Of a stretch of DNA of 64,000 bases, positions 12,268 through 23,535 are shown one piece after another. Positions within the stretch are counted from its first letter, which is position 1; each line of letters starts with the position of its first letter. This DNA comes from Marsupella aquatica (taxonomy: Eukaryota; Plantae; Marchantiophyta): the NCBI GenBank assembly GCA_973895155.1, contig OZ316895.1, positions 21,898,558 to 21,962,557 of the forward strand, in the 5' to 3' direction. The translations under genes and the position numbers were made by a program. The notes under the pieces are model-generated. The model was not told the origin of the DNA and made no database searches. It saw nothing but the letters and a program-made list of their open reading frames with translations.

Positions 12268-13778
12268 TTTGTGATATATACTTGATTCTTTTAGTCCTTT
12301 GGCACTGTGATATATGCAAAGGAATTACAAGAAGACTCAGGAGGCATGGTATCCATGATTCATCCCTGTCCATGAATTATGGGGGACCCCATGTATACCA
12401 TATCACGCCATGGCCCCCCTCCAACGTATCACTGCCATTCGTCTAGAAGTCCGTGCAAATCGACATACGGTTTGTCTTCGTATTTTCCTGTTTCAGAAAG
12501 GTACATTAGCATTCAAGTAGAAATACTTTCTCTTTTGTTGTAAAGCCAGTCCAGTAAATCTGGCAAAAGGACAAAGACACATGGGTCATACGAAGCCCAA
12601 GTCGATGTCGAAACACCGACATGTCGGAGTCTTCCACACCATTCTTCAATAATGTAGATTTCGAAAACCAAAATAATTTAAACAATGAGGTGTTTAATCT
12701 AAATATAGTCTATCCCATTCAATAATCTGAATATTGTATACTGGTTTTGTTGGATTTGGGTGAACTCTTTCTCTTGCTTAATGCACTTACAGTAGTGCTT
12801 TTTAATTTGTATATCTGGGTCCTTCATAGAGAAGAATGTATACTCACTCCAGATAGTATCTATTTTATTCAATTATCGTTCAGCAACCAAAAAATTTTGA
12901 ACTTATTCTTATGAGGCCCAGCACCAAATCATCTGAAAGATCCCACCCTCATGGCACAGCAGAAATTTGACCTATAGGTTCCAGAGTTGCTACAGAGTGT
13001 CTAACCCACTATCTTAACCAAGATCATCCAGACACTACAAATTGTCCCCAAGAGTATAATTACAGTATAGAGACACTACAATTGACAAAACCACAATATA
13101 GACTTTAAAGTTCCTCCTTACATTCCCTCAATCTACAGTTGGTATCGTTCTCAAATTTCCTTCTACAAATCATGAGTTTCGCATTGAAACGGTGTCGCGT
13201 TGCGCCTCCTCCGTTAGCCGGTAGCTGCCGGTAGCCGGTAGTTGCCTGCAGACTCAAATCAAATAAGTAAAGAATGCGCTTTTGTGCATCGGCAGTCCAT
13301 GGGCTACCGGTTAACTCAGAAGAGTGGGAACTCTCAGGTGTTGGGTTCGAATCTCACTATGAGCTTTTTAACATTCACCCGCCCCAAAAGTGGGGTTCAG
13401 ACGCCTCTTATTACAGTCATAAGTTGAGTTTGATTCAAAAAGAGCTTACACACATAATCCCCCAAAAGTGGGGTTCAGACACTTCTAGTTCACACAAACT
13501 CATTTTGATTCTAGATGGGAACTGGTTGTTCCAGTTTCTGGTCAATAATCACTACAATCCAAAGGAGTTACAGAATAGTCTTAAATACTGAACATGTTAC
13601 TTGTAGAAGTGAGTGTTCTCAAGTTCTCCTCAATAAGCTCCTGTAGCTAATCATTTGATGATGAAACTGAGAATCTGTCGTTCTCAAATGTCAAAGTCAT
13701 TAATGGATCAATACAAGACAAAAAAACACTGATGAGCATGCTAAATGCTTATGCTTGGTACACTATAGCTCGAAACTC

Positions 13779-13883
13779 GTGGCTACAAATGGGACGTCCC
13801 AAGATCATTTAGGATGAACTCATGGCTGCAAAGGGACGTCCCAAGATCTTTACAACTGAATTGATGGCTGCAGAGGGACGTCC
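13779..13883. repeat. ~42-bp tandem repeat x3 containing the palindrome GGGACGTCCC
   Basis: tggct(a/g)ca..gggacgtccc repeated three times; a further ggacgtccc near 13950. Confidence 0.7.
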
Positions 13884-14879
13884 CGTATAATGGCACAAAT
13901 CACTTGCGGTCTCATACACCGGTACGACTGAATTCCAGGTTTCACAAGGACGTCCCAGCAGCTGGTAGGACAAGGCGAATGTTGGTCTCTACATCCCGTC
14001 CTTTAGGGCCGTCTTGCATGTCCAAGGTTTTTAAAAAAAAATTGGCCCTCAAATGAACCCATGGCATCTCTAAATGAATTGACAAGCTGGCAATCCTGAT
14101 GGCGTCTTTGGAGGATATGCAAGGGCAAGGGCGGGGGCAAGGGCCCAAAACTTTCCGGCCTTTGAGGTCCCAAACTTTGAACTTTGAATAAAACAAAATG
14201 ACAGAAGATCCCTGACTCAATAAGCATTTCACACATAAGGTGTTCTTGATTGTGTTTAGATCCTGGGTCCACACTTTTTCCTGACATCTGTAGGCTGCTA
14301 AGGGTCGCATTTTTCAGGCCTCTTGGACATGCAAGACAGCCCTTAGAGTCACAGATTGCGGGGGGGGGGTGTTGGTATTCTTGGCTGATTTGGAAAAACA
14401 TATTTTCACCTAACGACCACAATTTCGGCAGCCCGGACAATACTTCACAGATTGACTAAGTTTCTATGCATAAACATTTGGTAGGTTATTTACCTCAAGT
14501 ATGAACTTCACACCTAGGACCATCCCTCATTGTCCACAAAGTCTCCATTATTGCAGCTCTTGAACTTGGATGTAAGTCCACAAGTCTCCATTCCAGCTCT
14601 CGAGGTTGGACTCTGGATGACTTAAATTACAGGCAGTCTGAAAAGTTCTTTCAATTTCAACCCCTGTTCAAAGTGATCCCTGTTCAACGTGGCAAAAGTT
14701 TATCTTGAGTTGGAAGCTTAACTCACCCTGAACCTGACTCAAAATGGCCGACAACTCACCCTCCGTCTACCCTTACGGAAAACCAAGAACCAATAAATTT
14801 GCCATGGACCTTTTTGTCAGATTTCATTGTGTCAACACAAGCCTTTTTCTGCCTGCAACTCAGTTGGGTTAAAACAAGT

Positions 14880-15468
14880 TTTTACTATTTTTAACCCAAC
14901 ATCGTTTACTTAACAACTTATTTTGTCTCAGCAACATCTTTTACTTGGTGACATCTTTTGGTTTACGACTGGTGTTAACAACATATGTTATGTCGTAAAC
15001 CATCCGCAAGGATGCTTTCAACCGCGACCTAGAATTTCCCACCCTTTCTTTGTCTGACAGTGCCCCTGGATCTCCTTCCAGTCTTCATGCAAGGATATCA
15101 TCAAGCCGTTGCTGGTGTGTAGGCTTACACTAATGACATTTGTACTAACATTTTTTACTTGTTTGACAACTTTCTTTCTTGCTTCTTTCTTTACTAACAC
15201 TATCCCTTTACCTGTCAACATATTTGACGCAACAACATCTTATTTACTTAAAATAACGTATTTCAACTTACTGACATATTTTTACTTAGTAAACAACATC
15301 ATTGACACAACAACCTATTTTTAATAATTACATGTTTAGTGTCAAGACACTTTTTTAATTAATGATATCTTTTTACTTGACGACATCTTAGAAGCCAAGA
15401 CATCTTTGTTTCCAATGTGACATCCTCAGTAACAATATTTTTTGTGCAACGCATGGGTATTAAACTAG
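14880..15468 (+). mobile_element. Non-autonomous Helitron 3' part (same family as 1741-9564); 5' end not located
   Basis: Degenerate acatcttttt array then tttgtgcaacgcatgggtattaaaCTAG|T (CTAG 15465-15468). Confidence 0.7.
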
Positions 15469-16462
15469 TCACAATGATAATATATGATATATTGTATCAT
15501 TCCATGCAATAAACTATTTAATTTCAATGACTGAATGTTATTCATTGTATATCATTATGATATTGTCACAATTTGATGAAAGTAGCTATGCAAGACCCAC
15601 CTATCTGCACATGAAAATGCCATATCATATTATATCACTCCATTCTCTGATAGACTTAATTATGTTGTTTAAATTATTGAGTGTTATTTCATAAGACGTG
15701 CCTATGTTTGGCGTCCACACAACTGCACATCAAAATACCATGGTTTATCATATTATATCATTTCATATACTATGATAGATTTAATTATTTTGTTTAAATT
15801 ATTGAGTGTTGTTTCAAAGGACACCTGAGTTATGTTTTTTTCTAGCCTTGAAAACGGAGAGCAGGCCCATCCAAGAGAGGATAGACGTGGAGCATGCATT
15901 TCACCTGAGTTATGTTGTCACATGTTGACTGGGAAGGCGAGATGGACACTGCGATAAGCGAGGTGTGCTGCACAACAACAAACAAGATACGATAACGAAC
16001 AACATTGAACGAGAGACCCATGGGGCAACAATAATAAATGACTTCCCAAGCCAGAGTGGTTTTTCTGGCACCTACTCTACCACCCTTGCCCCTTGGTGGG
16101 TAGGCTCCTTTTTGTCGAGCATCCTGTTGTGGAGAAATGAACAGGCTCCCATCAAATCATCGTCGTCAAATCATCGTCGTCAAATCATCGTCGCCATCAT
16201 TCTTTTGGTGGAAGAGCCAGAAGTGTGGACGGGCTGCACTGCTGCAGCTCAAGGTTCCCTCCTTTTGCTCCCTTCGGTGGTCGTGCGAACAGTCCAGTCC
16301 AAATCTGCTCCCTTCTGTGTCCGAAATGCGCTGATTCCAGCGGCTCCTAGTGATTCAGGTCCCACCGATTTCCATAGCTTCGTCTCTCGTCCGTCCTTTG
16401 CCTCTGCCATTCGGACCCACAGCTGGCTCTCTCGAACTACCTGTAGTTCTTTAGTATAGCTT

Positions 16463-16500
16463 CACTCTCTCTCACTCTCTCTCTCTCTCTCTCTCTCTCT
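16463..16500 (+). repeat. (CT)n microsatellite in the probable 5' leader of the TPR gene
   Basis: Direct reading; CT tracts are typical of plant 5' UTRs. Confidence 0.8.
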
Positions 16501-17428
16501 GGTCGCCGTTGCTTTTCTTGGAGAAGCTATGGAGGACCTACGACGATTCACAACAGCTGCTTCCTTCCTTGCATTATAAGCGCTCCGGCGTTGCTATCTC
16601 CGCGTTGAGAGGATTAGTGGCACCAGCTAGAAATGCGGGTGGAGGGGAGGACGACGTCGATGGAAATGTCTGATTGGGTGTCTTCTTCCCTCGGATAGAT
16701 AGTTGGTACTGTAGAGGTAGTGGACGGGGCTCTCTGGAGTTCGCTGGAAGGAGCCAGCCCCCGGTGGTCTAGACGCGGTGTGGCGGACTATTCTTCAATC
16801 ATCTCAGTGCAGTGAACGAAGAAGAAAGAGCGGAGCCATAACTAGAGGTGCATCATATTTTCAGGAGGGTAGGGAACAGACCGGCCAGGAGGTGCGAGCG
16901 ACAGGGTCCAGTCGAGAAGGAATCTGAGTTTGAGAGGAAAGGCGAGCAAGTGAGCGAGTGAGTGAGCGGAAGGGGGAAAGAGGGCGTCGTCAAGGCAGGT
17001 GGGCCTCGAATCATCTCGAATCTTGAGCGCTGCGGTGGCCCTCCAGTGAGGGATTGAAACAGCTTCCATACCAACGAAGCGAGAAGTAAAAGAAGAATCT
17101 CGTCTGAGAACTAGCGTTCGTATCGAGCAAGTCGTAGTTGATTGGTAGATATTGGGCGGTACTCTCTAATTGTGGCAGGGGGGCAGGGAATCTTGTGAGG
17201 GAGAACCTTGAGGGTGAGGGCGGAAGCGGCATTTACGTTGAGGAGAACTGATTGCAATTTGGATTCGTCGCACGAGGGGAGGAAGAGTGTTGGTTTTCAG
17301 CTTACCACAGAATTGGATGGAGAAATTTGGTGTTTTGACAGATGCGGATTTCTAAATAGGTTGAATTCTAAGCTGCCCAGGGAATTGATTTGTTAGTGTG
17401 ATCGACCGGTTTCATCGGGATTTTCAGG

Positions 17429-18802
17429 ATGTTGTGGCGAAGCACTTCGACGGGAGTTTTGAGCACTCTTCTTCCAGCAGTCTCCTCTCATCTGCAGCCG
17501 GGGATCTTTGACCTTTATGAGAGGAGTGCGTCAGATCTTTACCATCATCAGTACAGTCCTGCTCATGTCTCGACGCCGAGGTCTGGTATTCAATCCCCTG
17601 CCTCCCAACACTTGAGGCCTTCTGCCGATGTCATATCGCGTTCCACTGATGGAGGCGATTGGGAGGTTGAGGTGGGCTCCGGCAGTGTTTTGCAGTCACG
17701 GCCCAGTTTTCGGAAGGTGCAGTCGGAGAACGATTTGCAATCTCTGTGGAGGACTTCGTCCGGGTCTAGTGCCACCTTCGCTGCGGCGGGCTCCTTCAAT
17801 AATAGCGTCTATGAAGAGGATCGTGTTAGGCGCGGAACCTTGGACAGGCTCGGCTCGGAACTTGACTCTGCCATACTCGAAATGTCAGAGAACTCGGAAG
17901 ATGTTTCATCAGCAGGCTCGGAAGTCGCCGACGAGCCTAGAGAAATGATGTCGATGTTGGGTAATGGTAGTTACTGGAACGAAAGGACGCTGACGATGGG
18001 AAATCAGTCTTCGTCACAGGATGAGGGTCGATACTCCGCTCCTCTGTCGGATGATGCCTCTGGTGTTGTCTCTACGCGTACAAATGCTGCTGAAAGCAGC
18101 TCTTTCAGAGCCACCAGGAGTTCCACTAAGGTTGATAAATCCTATTCCCTATATTCAAGTGAGCAGGACCCAACGAGCATGATGACGAGCATGAGTGCTT
18201 CCACTCTTCAAGCGCCTCCTCGAGGAGCAGTGCTGGAGAGGAGCGCCTACACATCGGGGTCTTCGTCACAGGCCGAGAGTCGTGGCCCCATGCTGATTAC
18301 CGATATCGGATTTGGCAATGGTAATGGGGGAGGCGGGAGGGGAGTCTCAGGAGGAAGGGGAGGAAGTGGTGGTGGATATGGTGATTCTCATGGAGTGGAA
18401 GCTCAGTACCGGAGGATGTTGGAGGCCGATCCAGGAAACCCACTTCTGCTGCGTAATTTCGCGCAGTTCTTGCACGAGGTTAACCGCGATCCTCTCAAAG
18501 CAGAGCCTTATTATGAACGGGCGATTTTGGCCAACCCTCGTGACGGAGAAGTGCTCGGACGGTACGCTCAGCTCATTTGGGAAGTGTACAAGGACGAGGA
18601 TCGGGCCGGCGGTTACTTCGATCAAGCTCTGCAGGCCTGCCCTGATGATTGTTACCTTAACGCTGCTTATGCTTCGTTCTTGTGGTCTTCCGAGGGTGAT
18701 CATGAAGACGAAGTTCATCCACCCGTAGAGGTTTCCCATAGTAATGGTGCCCGATACGTCAACAACATGACTCCCGTGTATGGAGCTGCCACACATGCTT
18801 AG
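17429..18802 (+). CDS. Tetratricopeptide repeat (TPR)-like protein, plant family with MLxRSxS N-terminus and C-terminal TPRs (457 aa)
   Basis: N-terminal MLWRSTST, long Ser-rich region, Gly-rich linker, then YRRMLEADPGNPLLLRNFAQFL..AEPYYERAILANPRDGEVLGRYAQLIW..FDQALQACPDDCYLNAAYASFLW. Splice acceptor ttttcag (ends 17427) just before the ATG suggests a 5' UTR intron. Confidence 0.92.
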   Translation: MLWRSTSTGVLSTLLPAVSSHLQPGIFDLYERSASDLYHHQYSPAHVSTPRSGIQSPASQHLRPSADVISRSTDGGDWEVEVGSGSVLQSRPSFRKVQSENDLQSLWRTSSGSSATFAAAGSFNNSVYEEDRVRRGTLDRLGSELDSAILEMSENSEDVSSAGSEVADEPREMMSMLGNGSYWNERTLTMGNQSSSQDEGRYSAPLSDDASGVVSTRTNAAESSSFRATRSSTKVDKSYSLYSSEQDPTSMMTSMSASTLQAPPRGAVLERSAYTSGSSSQAESRGPMLITDIGFGNGNGGGGRGVSGGRGGSGGGYGDSHGVEAQYRRMLEADPGNPLLLRNFAQFLHEVNRDPLKAEPYYERAILANPRDGEVLGRYAQLIWEVYKDEDRAGGYFDQALQACPDDCYLNAAYASFLWSSEGDHEDEVHPPVEVSHSNGARYVNNMTPVYGAATHA

Positions 18803-19584
18803 GAGGTCTCTCGTCGAGTAACTTAAGCTTCTCGGCGGTCCGTGCTCGAAGGTTGAGTGGGTTGGCCTAGACTTGTCGATGGACTTTGTTTGTCGAGTTG
18901 ATTTCAAATAAACAGAGATTATTTTGTACAGTGTGCGGTAGTTTAGTTCTGGATGATTGAAAATGTATAGAATAATAATCATGACCGGCTTGGTGGAAGT
19001 TTTGAGAGTTCAGCTAAGTCATTCCGTGTCATTGCGAATCACATGGAGATGTGTACAAAGGACTTAGCTGGTGTGTTCCTTCCTGTAACTCTACAGTAGT
19101 TGCCTGAGAGTGAGTGTCGCCGTCTGAAGGCGAGGGTCTGTACTGTCTCCCACATTTATGCATTCAAAGCTATCCGTCGAGAGCAACGGATTCAGCTTTC
19201 TGTTCTCCACTCGAAGAGTTGAACCAATAAATGGATGAATGACTTCTTCATAATACATTTCCAGAGTGGCTTGTGGGTATCGTCTGCTGAATGATTTCAC
19301 AGGCCGACCTATGAGTATTCATTTGAGCGATCATTTCTGGACTCCTCTTGGTAGATGTAGATGCTTGTCGTCGTACTTGATGCAGGCACTTTCGTCTTTC
19401 ACCTCTTCTAGGGTTGGCTCGATCGCATCGTCAGCCAGCATCTGAGCCTGTAGGACAGACTGATGTAGCTTTGGCATTTGAAGTCTTCGATCCAAACAAA
19501 TGGCCCTGCTACAGGAGTTGATACCATAATGCCGTTTCCCTGTTTGTATGGTGTGCCGCAAAGCAAGTTGGTGGGAACGAGAAA

Positions 19585-19897
19585 GGAGGGAGAGAAAGGC
19601 CTTCTGAATTCGGAGTCTCTAGCAATGTCATGTCGAAAGTTGTCCGCGGAGCATCTACACCAACAATTGTGGACTGCATCAAAGACGGAATTGATTCCGA
19701 TGTCGCTATATTTGCCATGATTTTCTGACTGCGCAGGTGGGAGAAAAGGCCTTCCGAATGCGGATTCTCTAGCGATGTCATGTCCAAAGTTGTCCTGGGA
19801 GGGCCTGCCTTCACACCAACAATTATTGTGTTCACACCAACAATTATTGTGGACTGTGTCAAAGACAGCATTGATTCCGATGTCGCTATATTTGCCG
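19585..19897. repeat. Local imperfect tandem duplication (~130-160 bp x2)
   Basis: aaaggcctt..tctctagc.atgtcatgtc.aaagttgtcc..attgattccgatgtcgctatatttgcc occurs at ~19594-19716 and ~19746-19896. Confidence 0.8.
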
Positions 19898-22759
19898 TGT
19901 TTCCTGATTGCGCGGAGTTGCTGTCGTAGGCTACCTTCCTGCCAATAAGAGTCTCGTTTGGTTCACCTCGTAATACTGCAGTTATAGGTTCCATGGATTT
20001 TACTCGGGATGGAGTTTCAATGACAATGCTGAGTAGAGAAGAAAAGAGATTCATCTACTGATTGACTGAAAGATTTATAGAAGTGCACGAATTTCTTCTA
20101 CCGCCTTGTTACTCCTGCGTGCCAACCTTCTCTGAGACTATCTTTCAATTTGCAATTGGGTTGACGACATTGAGATTTATCTCACATGCGTCCTACTTGG
20201 CACAGGTATCTGCAAACAGACTGTCACTGAGCATGAGAATGTATAAAGTAAGCTGTCTTGACTAAATCGGAATTCAGGACCGGCATGTTAACTAAGAGTT
20301 CCCGACCAGAATCTTGACTGTCAAAATATTCTCACATGGTTGCTGTTGCTTGGCACAGGAAATTTCCTTACAGGGCCACTCACGATGGACATCTTCACAG
20401 TGTAATGGAATCATTAGCACGTTTGCATTAAAGTTCAGGATCTCAAGTAAGAAAACTAATGATGATCAGAACGTTGAATGTCTAGGATTGGTGCTCTGAT
20501 GTATATCACACTAGATCTACTGTAGAGACTCCCTTACGTCAAACAACTATTGACACAAAACTCTGAGGATTTGAACCATAATTGTGATGGAATCCAGAGA
20601 ATCTGGCAGTCTCGACAGTCCTAACAGCATGGCTGACGGCTGACCAAAATGCTGGGGTCCCGGTAAGTGCACATTTTGATCAATGCTGCCTCTCAGTTAT
20701 TAAATCTGAGCTGATTTTAGTTCTGTGGCCGTTTGATATTGTGGTGCAGCTGATGTGGCAACCAGTAGTAAAATTTTATTCAACAAATAACGAACAGTAG
20801 TAAAACTTTATTCAACAAATAACGATTCCGAATGGTCTATCCAAGTTGTTGTAGTCTATCTGGCTTCTTTGTCACATAATACTTCTTTGAATTTATTATC
20901 AATAAGTTAAAATAGCATGGTCTTAGAAGGGGCCAGCTATATCACATACTAGGGTCATCTTCGCTTCTGTTCATAATTCCCAAGATTGTCTCTAGTACTT
21001 GAAAACTGTGGCAACTATTTATGAGAACAAGAGTCACTTGTCCCTAAAACTGTAAAACAATTTTCCCCACATGCTGCCTAGATTTTACGCTGTCACATTC
21101 AAGACTCTTGACTTGAGAGGAGGGTTCCATTTATTGGGGTGGATCCCAGTGAATCTACCCTCACTCCCAATTCACCCCTTCCTAGATCCTTGGGAAAAAA
21201 TGTTGTCCACCATTTTGTCCGTAGATAATTAATTCCATGATGACATGGGGTACACCTATTCATTCTTCTCAGGTTTAAATGAGTCACATGCATATTGCAA
21301 GGTTTAGTTTTCCTCAAGAGTGATCCCCTAGTTCAAATTTTGCAATGAAAAACAAGGGTTTAGTACACGCATTTCCTGCCCTAAATTGCTTTTTTGAAAT
21401 GTGCATGAGTCACACTTGCGCCAACTCAAACGCCCTTGACATTTTGTAGGCTCAAATGGTCGCTATCTTTTGGGGTTTGTCCATTTGCAACTAAAGCGAT
21501 GGGAGAAACAGAATTCAGCTAGCCCATATTTGGGGACATGGGTTTCAATCCATTTCCAGCAGTGCGACACTTCTTGACACGGTTAGTGTGAGGGGCTGGA
21601 GCCCTTTGTCTACATGATTCTCTTTCCTTCAATCCTCGTTTTTTACGGGAAACCTCAATCCCTCGAGTCGGCTTGAAGGGAAAACCTCAGTTTTATAATT
21701 TTTTATCTAGTACCTATCATCATCTACAGATACACCACTGAGGGCCCAAAACAGCATTTGAATTTGGAGACCTGTGGTTGCAGAATCAGATGCCTAACAG
21801 TTGATATACACACGAAGACTATCTTTTTTTCAATCCTTGCCATTAAGAAATAAAAAATTCAATGTACTCTGTCCCTCAAATTAAAGAATACAAATTGCGA
21901 TTATTAAAAATTTCTGGGCAAGATGCAATGGACCCAAATATTTTGATATCAACCATCAAGTAAACAAAAGAAGTTCATGTAGAGATCAGAACTAATTGCC
22001 TGCGCGGTACTAATTATCTTAAACCACACCTGCCACTATGAAAGCCTCATTCCATGTCTCACTACTGACCATAAAAGGTGGAACACTAGCACCTTTTGTG
22101 TAATACTTGCCAAAAACAATTTTGCAATCAGCATCTTTTGTGGAGTTGAAAATACATTTTTGAATCTATATTCTTTACAATGAGAAGTACTGGTTATCCA
22201 TAACCCTTTATAGTGACAGGTGTGGTTTAATCTGAATCAGCAGAATTGTATTAATGAAGGTCTAGGTGAGTGGAGATGAAAATCTAGACGCAAAACTGTC
22301 CACAGGAATTTGTGGAAACACCGGTACCATAGAATCTGACAATCATAGACATCACAGAGGGCATCCGAAGGACAGTTTAACTCGATGATTGGAAACTAAC
22401 CCGGAAAGGATTCAGCCTTACCTGATGAAACTTAAATCAAGGGGATGCGAGGTCAAACACGTACTTCAAAAGTGCAGTCACAAGGGCTAACGCATGTCTT
22501 CACCTTAACACCAATCATAGAATGCCCGAACCCTGCAGAAACGTAATGTTTCTCGTAGAAAACTTAAGGGAAAGATGTTGCGCTTCGGAAAGGCTCACAA
22601 ATGAATTTAGGCAAATCTACCTATCATGTACTATTCCAACCTGCAGTCCGATGGCTAGGGGTCAGCGTCTACAATTTACACGTACTGGCCAGCATTCGGT
22701 ACACACCTCTTACCTTCGTTGTACATGCATTTTGTATTGAGAAGGAGAGATGCTGCATC

Positions 22760-22967
22760 TGTTGGTAACACTAATCTATTGCTACATAGGACTGAGCGCA
22801 GGACTCACTATAAGTAGGAATTAGGGAGAGGGGAATCAACGGAGGGAAGGTAGTAACCTAGGATCGACAGTAGGGAAGAGAGCGGCCAGAAGAAGAATGG
22901 AGGCGCAGGTTAAGCTAAGAGAAAAGCTTAATCTCCTAAGTGACTTACGAGCAAGTGTTTTACAACA
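22760..22967 (-). repeat. Copia 3' LTR
   Basis: tgttgg...caaca; near-identical to 28164-28373; adjacent PPT (+ strand ccccctctc, 22968-22976). Confidence 0.95.
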
Positions 22968-23056
22968 CCCCCTCTCGAGTAAGTTTTGGGGAGAGAAAGG
23001 AGGACGGTGATGTCCACAAAATAACTTAGGAGAAGAGAGAGGAAGGAAAGGCAAGA

Positions 23057-23521
23057 ATGTCGTTCCGTCATGTGCTAGTGGTGAGTATATGTGGTGTTTT
23101 GGAAGTGGTGGCGCGATTGCTGCAATTGCTGTCAAAGGGATGTAGGGGAGTCTCCCGATGGATTCGTTTGCAGGATGTCGAGGAGTTGATCAGAATGCCG
23201 AAGACAGAGGAGGAGAGGAAGGATCCTCAGGTGCGGATTGGTGAGCAGCAGGAGAGCCGAATGTTAGTGTCATTGAGGAGAGCTGAAGTGCATGAGCCGA
23301 GTGCCCCCTCTGAAGCTCAGGTCTCCCAAGAAGGTCAGGCTGATAGAATGCCGATGTTGTGTAGACGTCGTTATTATGCAGTGGCAGTCGGGCGTAGGCC
23401 AGGAATCTACCTAAATTGGGCAAAAGCAAGTAAGGAGGTCAATGGTTATTCAGGGAATTGTCATCAGAGTTTTTGTACATTGCGGGAGGCAGAGTATTTC
23501 TTGTCAAAATATGGAATGTAG
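23057..23521 (+). CDS. Antisense accessory ORF in Copia: RNase H1 N-terminal hybrid-binding / caulimovirus viroplasmin-like domain protein (154 aa)
   Basis: C-terminal YYAVAVGRRPGIYLNWAKASKEVNGYSGNCHQSFCTLREAEYFL fits the YYAV..GR.PG.Y..W.....V.G......KSF.T..EA..F consensus; ATG start; intact; convergent with pol. Confidence 0.82.
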   Translation: MSFRHVLVVSICGVLEVVARLLQLLSKGCRGVSRWIRLQDVEELIRMPKTEEERKDPQVRIGEQQESRMLVSLRRAEVHEPSAPSEAQVSQEGQADRMPMLCRRRYYAVAVGRRPGIYLNWAKASKEVNGYSGNCHQSFCTLREAEYFLSKYGM

Positions 23522-23535
23522 AAAGAAGGTGTTTT

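Noticed and set aside
18347-18982. 211-aa antisense ORF over the TPR gene
   Set aside because: Shadow of the real coding strand; no recognisable motifs.
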